From PVC group bacterium (GTDB lineage: Bacteria > Omnitrophota > Gorgyraeia > B26-G9), in NCBI GenBank assembly GCA_024231215.1, contig JAAEQR010000072.1, positions 449,210 to 513,209 of the forward strand: a DNA stretch of 64,000 nucleotides, read 5' to 3'. The notes below the pieces were generated by a model. The model was given only the letters and a program-made list of their open reading frames with translations, made no database searches and was not told the DNA's origin. Position numbers and translations under genes: made by a program. Shown piece after piece: positions 20,060 through 28,176 of the stretch; the first letter of the stretch is position 1, and each line of letters starts with the position of its first letter.

Positions 20060-20222
20060 CCTTTTTACTGAAAAGGCAAACCTCATGTGAGTGGGGGGCG
20101 TTCCGAAGAGTGGCTAGATATCGGGATCCCGAGAGCAATAAACCGTCATTATTTATAAGGTTATATCGGGGCAAAGCTGCGGGTCTAAAAGAGATATTTA
20201 GATAGCCGGGTTACCGAAAAGG
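20060..20222 (+). ncRNA. c-di-GMP-I (GEMM) riboswitch interrupted by a ~71-nt insert
   Basis: 5' half is GGCAAACC-TCAT-GTGA-GTGG-GG-GGC (GNRA-capped stem). 3' half is GCAAAGCTGCGGGTCTAA...GATAGCCGGGTTACCGA. Closing helix CCTTTT/AAAAGG. The insert spans 20100-20170. Confidence 0.8.
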
Positions 20223-20233
20223 AAGAGTGAGTA

Positions 20234-20278
20234 GCAAGCCACTAGAAGTCTGTGTAAAAGGTGGCTTGTTTTTTTTTA
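20234..20278 (+). terminator. Intrinsic terminator (riboswitch expression platform)
   Basis: GCAAGCCAC...GTGGCTTGT stem followed by a T-run. Confidence 0.8.
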
Positions 20279-20403
20279 ATTCTTGCGTCTGTGACGAAAG
20301 AATTAAATCTCGCCAAGTTGTGTGGCGGATAGATGTGAAAGGAGGTGAGAAGACGGAGAGGATTAAGCTTAGCAGGAAGGGGGTGAACAAAGGGATAATT
20401 ATC

Positions 20404-20432
20404 TTGACAAACATTGAAATTTTTGATATATT
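20404..20432 (+). promoter_or_regulatory. Putative sigma70 promoter just upstream of the pilin
   Basis: TTGACA-17 nt-TATATT with an extended -10 TG. Confidence 0.6.
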
Positions 20433-20485
20433 TTTAATAATTAGAAATCTGTATTTATTAAGTCTGTGAAAGGGGGTGAATAGTA

Positions 20486-20896
20486 ATGATTAATAAAAAA
20501 GGTTTTACATTGGTTGAGTTGTTGATGGTCGTTATCATCATTGGTATTTTAGTTACAATCGCTGTTCCTAACTATTTTAGGTCAATTGAAAGAGCAAAAG
20601 GTGGGAAGGCAAAAGCGGCAATAGATGTTATTAGAAAAGCATCTATACAATATAGAGCGTTGAATGATACTTTTCCACCTACTGATATTACTGAGTTAGA
20701 TGGTATGGAAATTCCGGGTAATATGACAGCAGCTACTCCTTTTGATGATGGAGATTGGCAGTATACAGTATCTGGAGATGCGACAACTGTATCAATTGTT
20801 GCAACGAGGAACGCGGGAGAACACAGCACAGAGACTTTAACGATGGACGTGGATGGAACGATCACGAATAGTGCTACTCCTAATGAATGGGATTGA
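20486..20896 (+). CDS. Type IV pilin (likely major pilin)
   Basis: Class III signal KKG|FTLVE followed by a hydrophobic helix; strong SD AAGGGGGTGA; monocistronic. Confidence 0.9.
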   Translation: MINKKGFTLVELLMVVIIIGILVTIAVPNYFRSIERAKGGKAKAAIDVIRKASIQYRALNDTFPPTDITELDGMEIPGNMTAATPFDDGDWQYTVSGDATTVSIVATRNAGEHSTETLTMDVDGTITNSATPNEWD

Positions 20897-20927
20897 TGTA
20901 ACTTGACTTGGATAATTTAAGGATAAT

Positions 20928-20990
20928 AAAATGTGCTATCGATTTATTTGTAAACTACATAACAGATTAAATCGATAGCACATTTTTATT
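20928..20990 (+). terminator. Long inverted repeat / terminator after the pilin
   Basis: Perfect 19-bp arms AAAATGTGCTATCGATTTA (20928-20946) and TAAATCGATAGCACATTTT (20968-20986), then a T-rich tail. Confidence 0.8.
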
Positions 20991-21042
20991 TTTTAAAGAC
21001 ATTATATAGGTTTGTAAATTAAAAACATGGGGAGGCGGTGTA

Positions 21043-22125
21043 ATGCGGATAATTGCTATTGCTAATCAAAAAGGAGGATGCGGTAAAACAACAACAGCCA
21101 TAAATTTCTCTGCGTGTTTAGCTCAGGCAAAAAAGAATGTTTTGTTGATAGATTTGGATCCCCAGGGACATGCGACTTTAGGCTTAAATATAAAACATCA
21201 GGATGTGGATAAGAGCATGTATCATGTTTTGACACCGCAATCCGGTAAAAAAGTCAGACTGGACGAAATTATTTTACCTATTTCTCAGAATTTTGATCTA
21301 GCACCGGCGGATATTCTTTTGTCTGCGATTGAACAAGAACTTTCCGGTAAACCGGAACGGGAAGCTAAGCTGTATCAGGCAATTTCACTTATGGTAACAA
21401 AAAAAACCTATGATTATATTGTTATTGATTGTCCTCCTAGTTTGGGGCTTTTAACTTTTAATGCTTTGCGTGTTTCTGGGGAAGTTATTGCGCCTGTAGA
21501 GACCGGGTTTTTCTCTGTGCATGGGGTAAGTAAACTTTTAGAAATAGTAGATGTGATTGGAAAACGTTTAAAATGTGATATTGCTGTTAAAGCATTAATC
21601 ACATTATTTGATCGTCGCACTAAATTTTCTCAGGAAATAAAAGATGATATTTACAATCATTTTTCCGGACAGGTATTTAAATCTATAATTAATACAAATG
21701 TGCGATTAAAAGAAGCGGCAAGTTATGGTATGCCGGTTATTGCCTATGATAAGCGTTGTCGGGGTTCAGAAGATTATATGGCCTTGGCTAAAGAGGTAAT
21801 ACGTAAATATGATTGGACTAAACCAGAAACAGTGACGGAAACTGTTGGCGGGCCGCAACAAAGCAAAAGTGGAATATTGTTTACATATAGTTCTACCGAA
21901 GCAGGTTCTGTACAGATTGCAGGAGATTTTAATAACTGGGCAGCAGACCAAAAAGATAAATTAGAAACTACAAAAAAGGGTGTTTGGGCTAAAGTTTATA
22001 ATTTGAGGCCGGGGCGCTATCGTTATAAGTTTATTGTTGACGGACAATGGGTTACAGATCCTAATAATCCACAGACAGAAGCTGATGAAATTGGGAACTT
22101 AAATTCTTTACTAGAAATAAAGTGA
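21043..22125 (+). CDS. ParA/Soj-family ATPase fused to a C-terminal AMPK-beta-like glycogen-binding CBM48 domain
   Basis: ANQKGGCGKTT, DLDPQG, IDCPPSLG; C-terminal AGDFNNW...PGRYRYKFIVDGQWVTDPNN...GNLNS. Confidence 0.9.
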   Translation: MRIIAIANQKGGCGKTTTAINFSACLAQAKKNVLLIDLDPQGHATLGLNIKHQDVDKSMYHVLTPQSGKKVRLDEIILPISQNFDLAPADILLSAIEQELSGKPEREAKLYQAISLMVTKKTYDYIVIDCPPSLGLLTFNALRVSGEVIAPVETGFFSVHGVSKLLEIVDVIGKRLKCDIAVKALITLFDRRTKFSQEIKDDIYNHFSGQVFKSIINTNVRLKEAASYGMPVIAYDKRCRGSEDYMALAKEVIRKYDWTKPETVTETVGGPQQSKSGILFTYSSTEAGSVQIAGDFNNWAADQKDKLETTKKGVWAKVYNLRPGRYRYKFIVDGQWVTDPNNPQTEADEIGNLNSLLEIK

Positions 22126-22142
22126 TAAGGTGTGTGTAAAAG

Positions 22143-23072
22143 TTGTCTATGAGCGATTCTAAAAAACTAGGTAAAAGTATAGAAGATATTTCGTATTTGT
22201 TTCTTTCTCCCTCTGGAGAAGATTCTTCCGAACCGGATGATTCTGGGCAGCAGGAAGAAAAAAGCACTTCTATTTTAGAGACTCCAATTAAGAGTATCTG
22301 CATGGTTGGTGGTGAATTTTCTTTTCTTGATGCTTTTCTGGTAATAAATTTATCGTTGGCACTGGCTCGTTTGGGCATGCGTATCGCAGTTGTCGATTTA
22401 GAACCGGAACGTCCTTGTTTGAATTTCTTTTTGGGAACTGATGGTCAAAAAGAAGATTCTAATAATATGAACACAGTTATCAAAGAAGGGCCTTTAGGTG
22501 TTAAACTTATTAGTTTAAATACATCTGCGCTTACGGAACTCTCAAACACCGCAAAGAATAGCAAACTGATTTCTCAATTGAATAAGATAGAAGAAGATGT
22601 GGATTTGATCCTGGTTAATGTTATGCAGCGTAATTTAATGAATATGCATGAGTTGTTGCCTGAGCAGATAAGAGAGTTTTTAGTGCTTACTTATCCGGAT
22701 AAAAATAAGATGATTGAATCTTATCGGACGATGAAGATGATTTCTCAACGTAATCCGTTAACTAAGATTGGTGTGGTTGTCGCTGAGGTAGATCACATGT
22801 ATGAGATAGATGCTGTTTATGATAAGATGTCCGGGGCAGTCAGGAAATTTTTAGATAAAGAGCTTTATAAGGGTGGTTTCTTATTTAAGATCAAGCAGGA
22901 TCTTGATGTTAATGCGACTATTGCATCGTTTTACGATGCAGATCTTACTGCTTGTATTTCAAATATAGCTCAGATTGTTGTTCTACGATTGAATTTAGGA
23001 GAAAATATTGTTTCAAAAGAAGCTTTTTTCAAGAAAATGATTGGCGGATTTAACGCGCAAAGGAAGTTATGA
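22143..23072 (+). CDS. Degenerate MinD/FlhG-like protein lacking Walker A
   Basis: INLSLALARLGMRIAVVDLE, GPLGVKLI, DLILVN and ESYRTMK match FlhG/MinD. The P-loop is replaced by GGEFSFLD. The start may be the ATG at 22149. Confidence 0.65.
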   Translation: MSMSDSKKLGKSIEDISYLFLSPSGEDSSEPDDSGQQEEKSTSILETPIKSICMVGGEFSFLDAFLVINLSLALARLGMRIAVVDLEPERPCLNFFLGTDGQKEDSNNMNTVIKEGPLGVKLISLNTSALTELSNTAKNSKLISQLNKIEEDVDLILVNVMQRNLMNMHELLPEQIREFLVLTYPDKNKMIESYRTMKMISQRNPLTKIGVVVAEVDHMYEIDAVYDKMSGAVRKFLDKELYKGGFLFKIKQDLDVNATIASFYDADLTACISNIAQIVVLRLNLGENIVSKEAFFKKMIGGFNAQRKL

Positions 23073-23746
23073 CCACTATTTTTCGCAAAGCACAAATAGA
23101 TAGAGATAAATTAAGAGATGTAATATTAAAAAACCCCGGAGATATTCAGTCGGAACTTGGTTTTATTGATTTTCAGTTTGGAACGGCAGAAGAAGGGGTT
23201 ATAGATTTCTTGGGTGTAGATAGTACCGGAAGACTGGTTATTATAAATTTCGATACAAAAGAAAACGATGAATTGTTAGTAACGGCATTGAGTCAGATGC
23301 GCTGGTTGAAAAAAAATGAAAACCTTGTGAAGCGGGTATTTTTTAGTGAAAATGTTGATTTCAATCAAGATCCCTTGATCCTGCTTATTTGTCCGGGGTT
23401 TTCCAGGAAATTAATTTCTGCGGCTAAAGAGCTGAGCGGGCATGATCTGAGATTTGTCCAATTTCAATATGTTATCTCGGATGCCCAGGATGCAATATTA
23501 TTTGAGGATATATTTAGCCAGCAGAAACCCGAGATAGAAGATCTTCCAATGCAAAATATTGAAAGTTTAAAGCCGCCAACAATTTTAGAAGAAGTGAAAG
23601 TAACAGATAATTCTATAGTAGATACTACTGTAGAGCTAACAGAAATATCTCCAGAGCAAGAGGAGATTATTTCTCTGACACAGCAAGAGATTGCTGAATT
23701 TATGGATTTCGATAAAATTTTAGAAGAAAAACAGACTTCGGATTAA
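23069..23746 (+). CDS. Hypothetical protein with a degenerate NucS/DUF91-like PD-(D/E)XK fold and an acidic tail
   Basis: GVIDFLGVDSTGRLVII resembles the NucS C-terminal domain; the ExK position reads NFD. Confidence 0.5.
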   Translation: MTTIFRKAQIDRDKLRDVILKNPGDIQSELGFIDFQFGTAEEGVIDFLGVDSTGRLVIINFDTKENDELLVTALSQMRWLKKNENLVKRVFFSENVDFNQDPLILLICPGFSRKLISAAKELSGHDLRFVQFQYVISDAQDAILFEDIFSQQKPEIEDLPMQNIESLKPPTILEEVKVTDNSIVDTTVELTEISPEQEEIISLTQQEIAEFMDFDKILEEKQTSD

Positions 23747-23754
23747 ACCTTCCT

Positions 23755-24504
23755 GTGCAAAGCCAAAACAAATTCATATCTCTGAAAAAAACAGTAAATT
23801 ATTATCAGATAGAAGATGTTAGATTTCCAAATCTTATGTGTGTATTCTCAACGCGCATATTTGATTATAGTTTACATGAAGATTTAGGTGTTCGCCAAAG
23901 CTTTTTTATTGAACTGGGTTTAAAAATAGAGGATAGTATTTTTTTAGAACAGCCCCATCAGGCGAGAGTTTTTAGAGCTAAGAAAGAAGACAGGGGGAAA
24001 GGCGCGGTTGATTTTTATACTCGAGTTCCCGGATGTGATGCGGTGATAACCGAAGAGCCTGGGACAGCTTTATGTTTGTTGACGGCTGATTGTCTGCCTT
24101 TGTTTTTTTTCGTTCCGGGTGAAAAAGTTTTAGGGATTGCTCATGCGGGATGGCGTGGGACTCAGGCGAAAATTGCAGAGACAACAGTAAATAAACTATG
24201 TCAAGAATTCGATTGTTTTGCCGAAAAAATATGTGTTTATATTGGTCCGGGAATAGGCCCCTGTTGTTATCGCGTAGGGAAAGAGTTAAGAGATGTATTT
24301 CCTGATTTTGTTAAAACTCAAAGAGATGGTTTGTATTTTGATCTTGCCGCGGCGAATACTGAGCAATTAGTTGAATTCGGGATAAATAGAGAAAACATTT
24401 ACAGTACAGGACTTTGCACTAGTTGCAAAAATGATAAATTTTTCTCTTATCGTCGGGGGGATAAAATGAAACGTATGCTAAGTGTAGCAATGTTAAAGCC
24501 ATAA
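23755..24504 (+). CDS. pgeF: YfiH/PgeF family protein (purine nucleoside phosphorylase / laccase-like)
   Basis: TADCLP, AHAGWRG, GPGIGPCCY, FFSYRR. Confidence 0.92.
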   Translation: MQSQNKFISLKKTVNYYQIEDVRFPNLMCVFSTRIFDYSLHEDLGVRQSFFIELGLKIEDSIFLEQPHQARVFRAKKEDRGKGAVDFYTRVPGCDAVITEEPGTALCLLTADCLPLFFFVPGEKVLGIAHAGWRGTQAKIAETTVNKLCQEFDCFAEKICVYIGPGIGPCCYRVGKELRDVFPDFVKTQRDGLYFDLAAANTEQLVEFGINRENIYSTGLCTSCKNDKFFSYRRGDKMKRMLSVAMLKP

Positions 24505-24642
24505 GTTGTGGCGATTATTTTGCTTGACTTAATGCCATTAAATAATGTAATATTACAATGTAAAATCGGGATTAAAGCAATTTTTAGCTAGTATTAAGAG
24601 GTGTTGTGATACACCTTACAAAACAGAGGAGGCGGTATTGCT

Positions 24643-25689
24643 ATGAAAAAAACCGCAGTTAAAAAAAGTAAATCAACAAAAATTTCAAAGGCTAAATCAA
24701 AATCTGTTGCAAAAACAAAGAAAACAATTTCTCGACGGACGAATGTGAAAAGTGCAGCAAAATTGGTGAAAAACAAAGTGGTAAAACCAGTGCACTCTTC
24801 AGTGGAAACAGAAGTTTTTCCCGCTTTAGCTGAAGGTAAACAGCAGGTAGGAGAAAGTAAGTTTTTTCGGCGGCCAGCGGGAGTTCAGGTTCAGGAAAGA
24901 GATACTTATGAACTACCTGCCGAATATGGCGATACTCGTATTGTAATCCAGGTTCGTGATCCATATTGGATCTATTCATATTGGGAAATTAATGCTGATA
25001 AATGGGCTGGGTTACGCCAGGAATTTGGGGATGTATTAAATTCTGCTAAGCGCATGCTTCGGATCTATGATATTACCGGTGTTATTTTTAACGGGAATAA
25101 TTTTAACAGCTTTTTTGATATCGAAATTAATGATTGCGCAAGTACTTGGTACATTAATGTTGGAACCCCAGGCAGGAGTTATTGTGTAGATATCGGGTTA
25201 TTATTATCAGATGGTAAGTTTATTACTTTGGCGCGTTCAAATTGTGTGACGACTCCATTGGATGGTCCTAGCTCAATTACAGATGAGGAATGGATGGTGG
25301 TAGAGGATGATTTTAATAAACTTTATGGTCTCTCTGTTGGTTTAGGCGTGGGGTTAAGTTCAGCTGATATAAAAAGAAAGATTACGCAAAGATTACAAAG
25401 TGATATCTCTTCCGGGGCAATATCTTCATTTGGTAGTCCGGTTAAAAAGATGGATCAAAAGCGTGGGTTCTGGCTGGTGGTTAATACAGAGCTGATTGTA
25501 TATGGTGCTACAGAACCTGATGCTAAAGTAACGGTTCAGGGCCGCCCGATACAACTGAATAAAGAGGGTACATTTAGCTTGCGTTTTGCGCTTCCCGACG
25601 GAGAACAGACAATCCCGGTAAAAGCAGTTTCCTCAGACGGGGGAGAAAAACGGGTAATTACCCCGATTGTAAATAAGAAAACAATATAA
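24643..25689 (+). CDS. DUF4912 domain protein with a Lys-rich N-terminus
   Basis: LPAEYGDTRI, RDPYWIYSYWEI, LARSN.V.TP, FWLVVNTELIVYGATEPDAKV. Confidence 0.85.
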   Translation: MKKTAVKKSKSTKISKAKSKSVAKTKKTISRRTNVKSAAKLVKNKVVKPVHSSVETEVFPALAEGKQQVGESKFFRRPAGVQVQERDTYELPAEYGDTRIVIQVRDPYWIYSYWEINADKWAGLRQEFGDVLNSAKRMLRIYDITGVIFNGNNFNSFFDIEINDCASTWYINVGTPGRSYCVDIGLLLSDGKFITLARSNCVTTPLDGPSSITDEEWMVVEDDFNKLYGLSVGLGVGLSSADIKRKITQRLQSDISSGAISSFGSPVKKMDQKRGFWLVVNTELIVYGATEPDAKVTVQGRPIQLNKEGTFSLRFALPDGEQTIPVKAVSSDGGEKRVITPIVNKKTI

Positions 25690-25713
25690 GTTATAATATA
25701 GATATATAGTGCC

Positions 25714-25745
25714 AAAGGGGACGGATATAAAACCGTCCTCTTTTT
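25714..25745 (+). terminator. Intrinsic terminator
   Basis: AAAGGGGACGG-loop-CCGTCCTCTTT followed by T's. Confidence 0.75.
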
Positions 25746-25876
25746 GATTTTTAAATATCTTGAATTGTAATTATTAGTATGTTAAGATAAAATTCATTAT
25801 TTATAATCTATATATAATATAAAATATTAATTTAAGCAAGGATGGGGAAGAATCGCTTAAAATTAAGGGGAAAGTT

Positions 25877-27457
25877 ATGGAAAAAGGGTATTTATGTATT
25901 GTTTTGCACGGACATTTGCCATATGTGCGGCATCCGGAACATGAGGATTTTTTAGAGGAAGACTGGCTTTACGAAGCAATTACCGAAACTTATATACCTT
26001 TGATCAATGTTTTTGAAAAGTTGATAGATGATAATATTGATTTTCGGATTACAATGGGACTTTCTCCGACGCTTATTACGATGCTTATGGATCCGTTATT
26101 GCAAAGAAGGTACTTAAAGCATTTAGAGAGTCTTATCGAATTGGCCACTAAAGAAGTTGAAAGGACACAGTGGCAGCCGGAATTTCACAAACTTGCATTG
26201 ATGTATCTGGATAAGTTTAAGCTCACGCGCCATGTTTTTGTGGATAAATATAACCGCAATATCATTCAGGCGTTTAAGAATGTTCAGGATGCTGGTAAGC
26301 TGGAGATTATGACTTGCGGTGCTACACATGGGTTTTTTCCTCTTATGCATGTGTGCCGGGAATCGGTCAGAGCCCAGGTTCGCACAGCAGTAGATCAGTA
26401 TAAAAATGTTTTTGGTCGTCCTCCCAGAGGAATTTGGCTGCCGGAATGTGGTTTTAACCCGGGTGACGATGAGGTTTTGAAAGAAAGTGGTCTGCGTTTC
26501 TTTTTCGTCGACAGTCATGGGATATTGCATGGCTCACCACGGCCTAAATACGGTGTTTTTGCTCCGGTTTATTGTAAGTCAGGGGTTGCCTGTTTTGGCC
26601 GTGATATTGAATCTTCAAAGCAGGTATGGAGTGCGGTAGAAGGGTATCCGGGAGATTATAATTATCGCGAGTTTTACCGGGATATCGGTTTTGAATTGGA
26701 TTATGAATATATAAAACCGTATATTCACAGTGATGGTATTCGGGTTAATACTGGGATGAAGTATTATAAAATTACCGGAGAGACCGATGATAAACAGGCT
26801 TATGTCCCGGAGACAGCTATGCAAAAAGCTGCGGACCAAGCTGGTAACTTTATGTTTAACCGGGAGAAACAAGTCGAAGCTCTTTACGATATGTTAAAAA
26901 AGAAACCGATCATTATTTCTCCCTATGATGCTGAATTATTCGGCCATTGGTGGTATGAAGGGCCTGATTGGCTTAACTTTTTAATGCGCAAGATTGCCTG
27001 TGACCAAAAAACAATAAAGATGATTACTCCTTCGGAATATCTGGAGAAATATCCTAGCAATCAGGTGATTACGCCTTCAATGTCTACCTGGGGATATAAG
27101 GGCTATAATGAAGTTTGGTTGGAAGGTTCAAATGACTGGATTTATCGTCATTTGCATAAAGCTTCGGATAGAATGAGTGAATTAGTAAGATCATACCCGA
27201 AGGCCGGAGGCATTACTTTAAGGGCATTAAATCAGGCTTTACGGGAACTATTGCTGGCACAGAGTTCTGATTGGGCATTTATTATGAAGACCGGAACACA
27301 TATTCCTTATGCAGTAAAGAGAACAAAAGATCATTTGCTTAGATTTAATAAGCTTTATCATAATATTAAGTCAAGAAATGTGAATGAGTCATGGCTTAAT
27401 GATCTTGAATATACGGATAACATTTTTCCGACAATTGACTATCGTTTTCATTCATAA
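25877..27457 (+). CDS. GH57 1,4-alpha-glucan branching enzyme (DUF1957)
   Basis: LHGHLPYV, ETYIPL, GIWLPEC (nucleophile), YDAELFGHWW (acid/base), AQSSDWAF. Confidence 0.93.
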   Translation: MEKGYLCIVLHGHLPYVRHPEHEDFLEEDWLYEAITETYIPLINVFEKLIDDNIDFRITMGLSPTLITMLMDPLLQRRYLKHLESLIELATKEVERTQWQPEFHKLALMYLDKFKLTRHVFVDKYNRNIIQAFKNVQDAGKLEIMTCGATHGFFPLMHVCRESVRAQVRTAVDQYKNVFGRPPRGIWLPECGFNPGDDEVLKESGLRFFFVDSHGILHGSPRPKYGVFAPVYCKSGVACFGRDIESSKQVWSAVEGYPGDYNYREFYRDIGFELDYEYIKPYIHSDGIRVNTGMKYYKITGETDDKQAYVPETAMQKAADQAGNFMFNREKQVEALYDMLKKKPIIISPYDAELFGHWWYEGPDWLNFLMRKIACDQKTIKMITPSEYLEKYPSNQVITPSMSTWGYKGYNEVWLEGSNDWIYRHLHKASDRMSELVRSYPKAGGITLRALNQALRELLLAQSSDWAFIMKTGTHIPYAVKRTKDHLLRFNKLYHNIKSRNVNESWLNDLEYTDNIFPTIDYRFHS

Positions 27458-27462
27458 AAGGT

Positions 27463-28176
27463 ATGATTATGCAGATTCCTCAGCATATAGCAATGATTAT
27501 GGACGGTAATGGCCGTTGGGCCAAGCAGAAACATTTACCACGGATTGCCGGACATAAGCAGGGTGTAGAGACTGTTAGAAATATGGTGCGAGCCTGCGAT
27601 GATCTGGGAGTGAGATTTCTTACGCTTTATACTTTTTCTACGGAAAACTGGCGTAGAACAAAAATAGAAGTAAATTTTTTAATGCAGCTTTTGAATAAAC
27701 AATTAAATAAGGCTCTTCAGGAGTTGCAGGAAAATAATGTGCGTCTTTTGACTATCGGACGACAGGATGGGTTGCCTAAGAAGGTTCTTGAGGTAATCAC
27801 AAGGGCAGTGGACCAGACAAAGAATAATACTGGTCTTACCTTAATCCTGGCTTTAAATTATGGTTCACGCACAGAAATAGTCGATGCAGCATTAGCGATG
27901 TGTCGTGATGTTCAAAATGGAAATATCTCTTCAGAGGCTGTTACAGAAGAAGTGTTTAACCGGTATCTTTATACCGCAGATATTCCCGATCCGGATCTTT
28001 TAATACGTACAGGCGGGGAAATGCGTTTAAGCAATTTTTTGCTTTGGCAGCTTTCGTATAGCGAAATATATGTAACTGAAAAATTCTGGCCTGATTTTAA
28101 TAAGCAGGACTTAAAAGAGGCTATAGCTGAATTTCAGAAAAGAGACCGTAGGTTTGGCGGAGTGAAAAAAATATGA
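27463..28176 (+). CDS. uppS: Undecaprenyl diphosphate synthase
   Basis: HIAMIMDGNGRW, FSTENW, RTGGEMRLSNF. Confidence 0.97.
   Translation: MIMQIPQHIAMIMDGNGRWAKQKHLPRIAGHKQGVETVRNMVRACDDLGVRFLTLYTFSTENWRRTKIEVNFLMQLLNKQLNKALQELQENNVRLLTIGRQDGLPKKVLEVITRAVDQTKNNTGLTLILALNYGSRTEIVDAALAMCRDVQNGNISSEAVTEEVFNRYLYTADIPDPDLLIRTGGEMRLSNFLLWQLSYSEIYVTEKFWPDFNKQDLKEAIAEFQKRDRRFGGVKKI

Noticed and set aside
20103-20140. Hammerhead-like CCGAAGAG in the riboswitch insert
   Set aside because: No properly placed GAAA after a stem II, and the core reads CCGA instead of CUGA.
20227-20469. 80-aa + strand ORF (and overlapping minus-strand ORFs) in the pilin leader
   Set aside because: It runs through the terminator, hairpins and a promoter, and has no recognisable protein features.
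20928-20986. 19-bp inverted repeat as a MITE or recombination site
   Set aside because: Its position right after the pilin stop and its T-tail fit a terminator; no target duplication or second copy.
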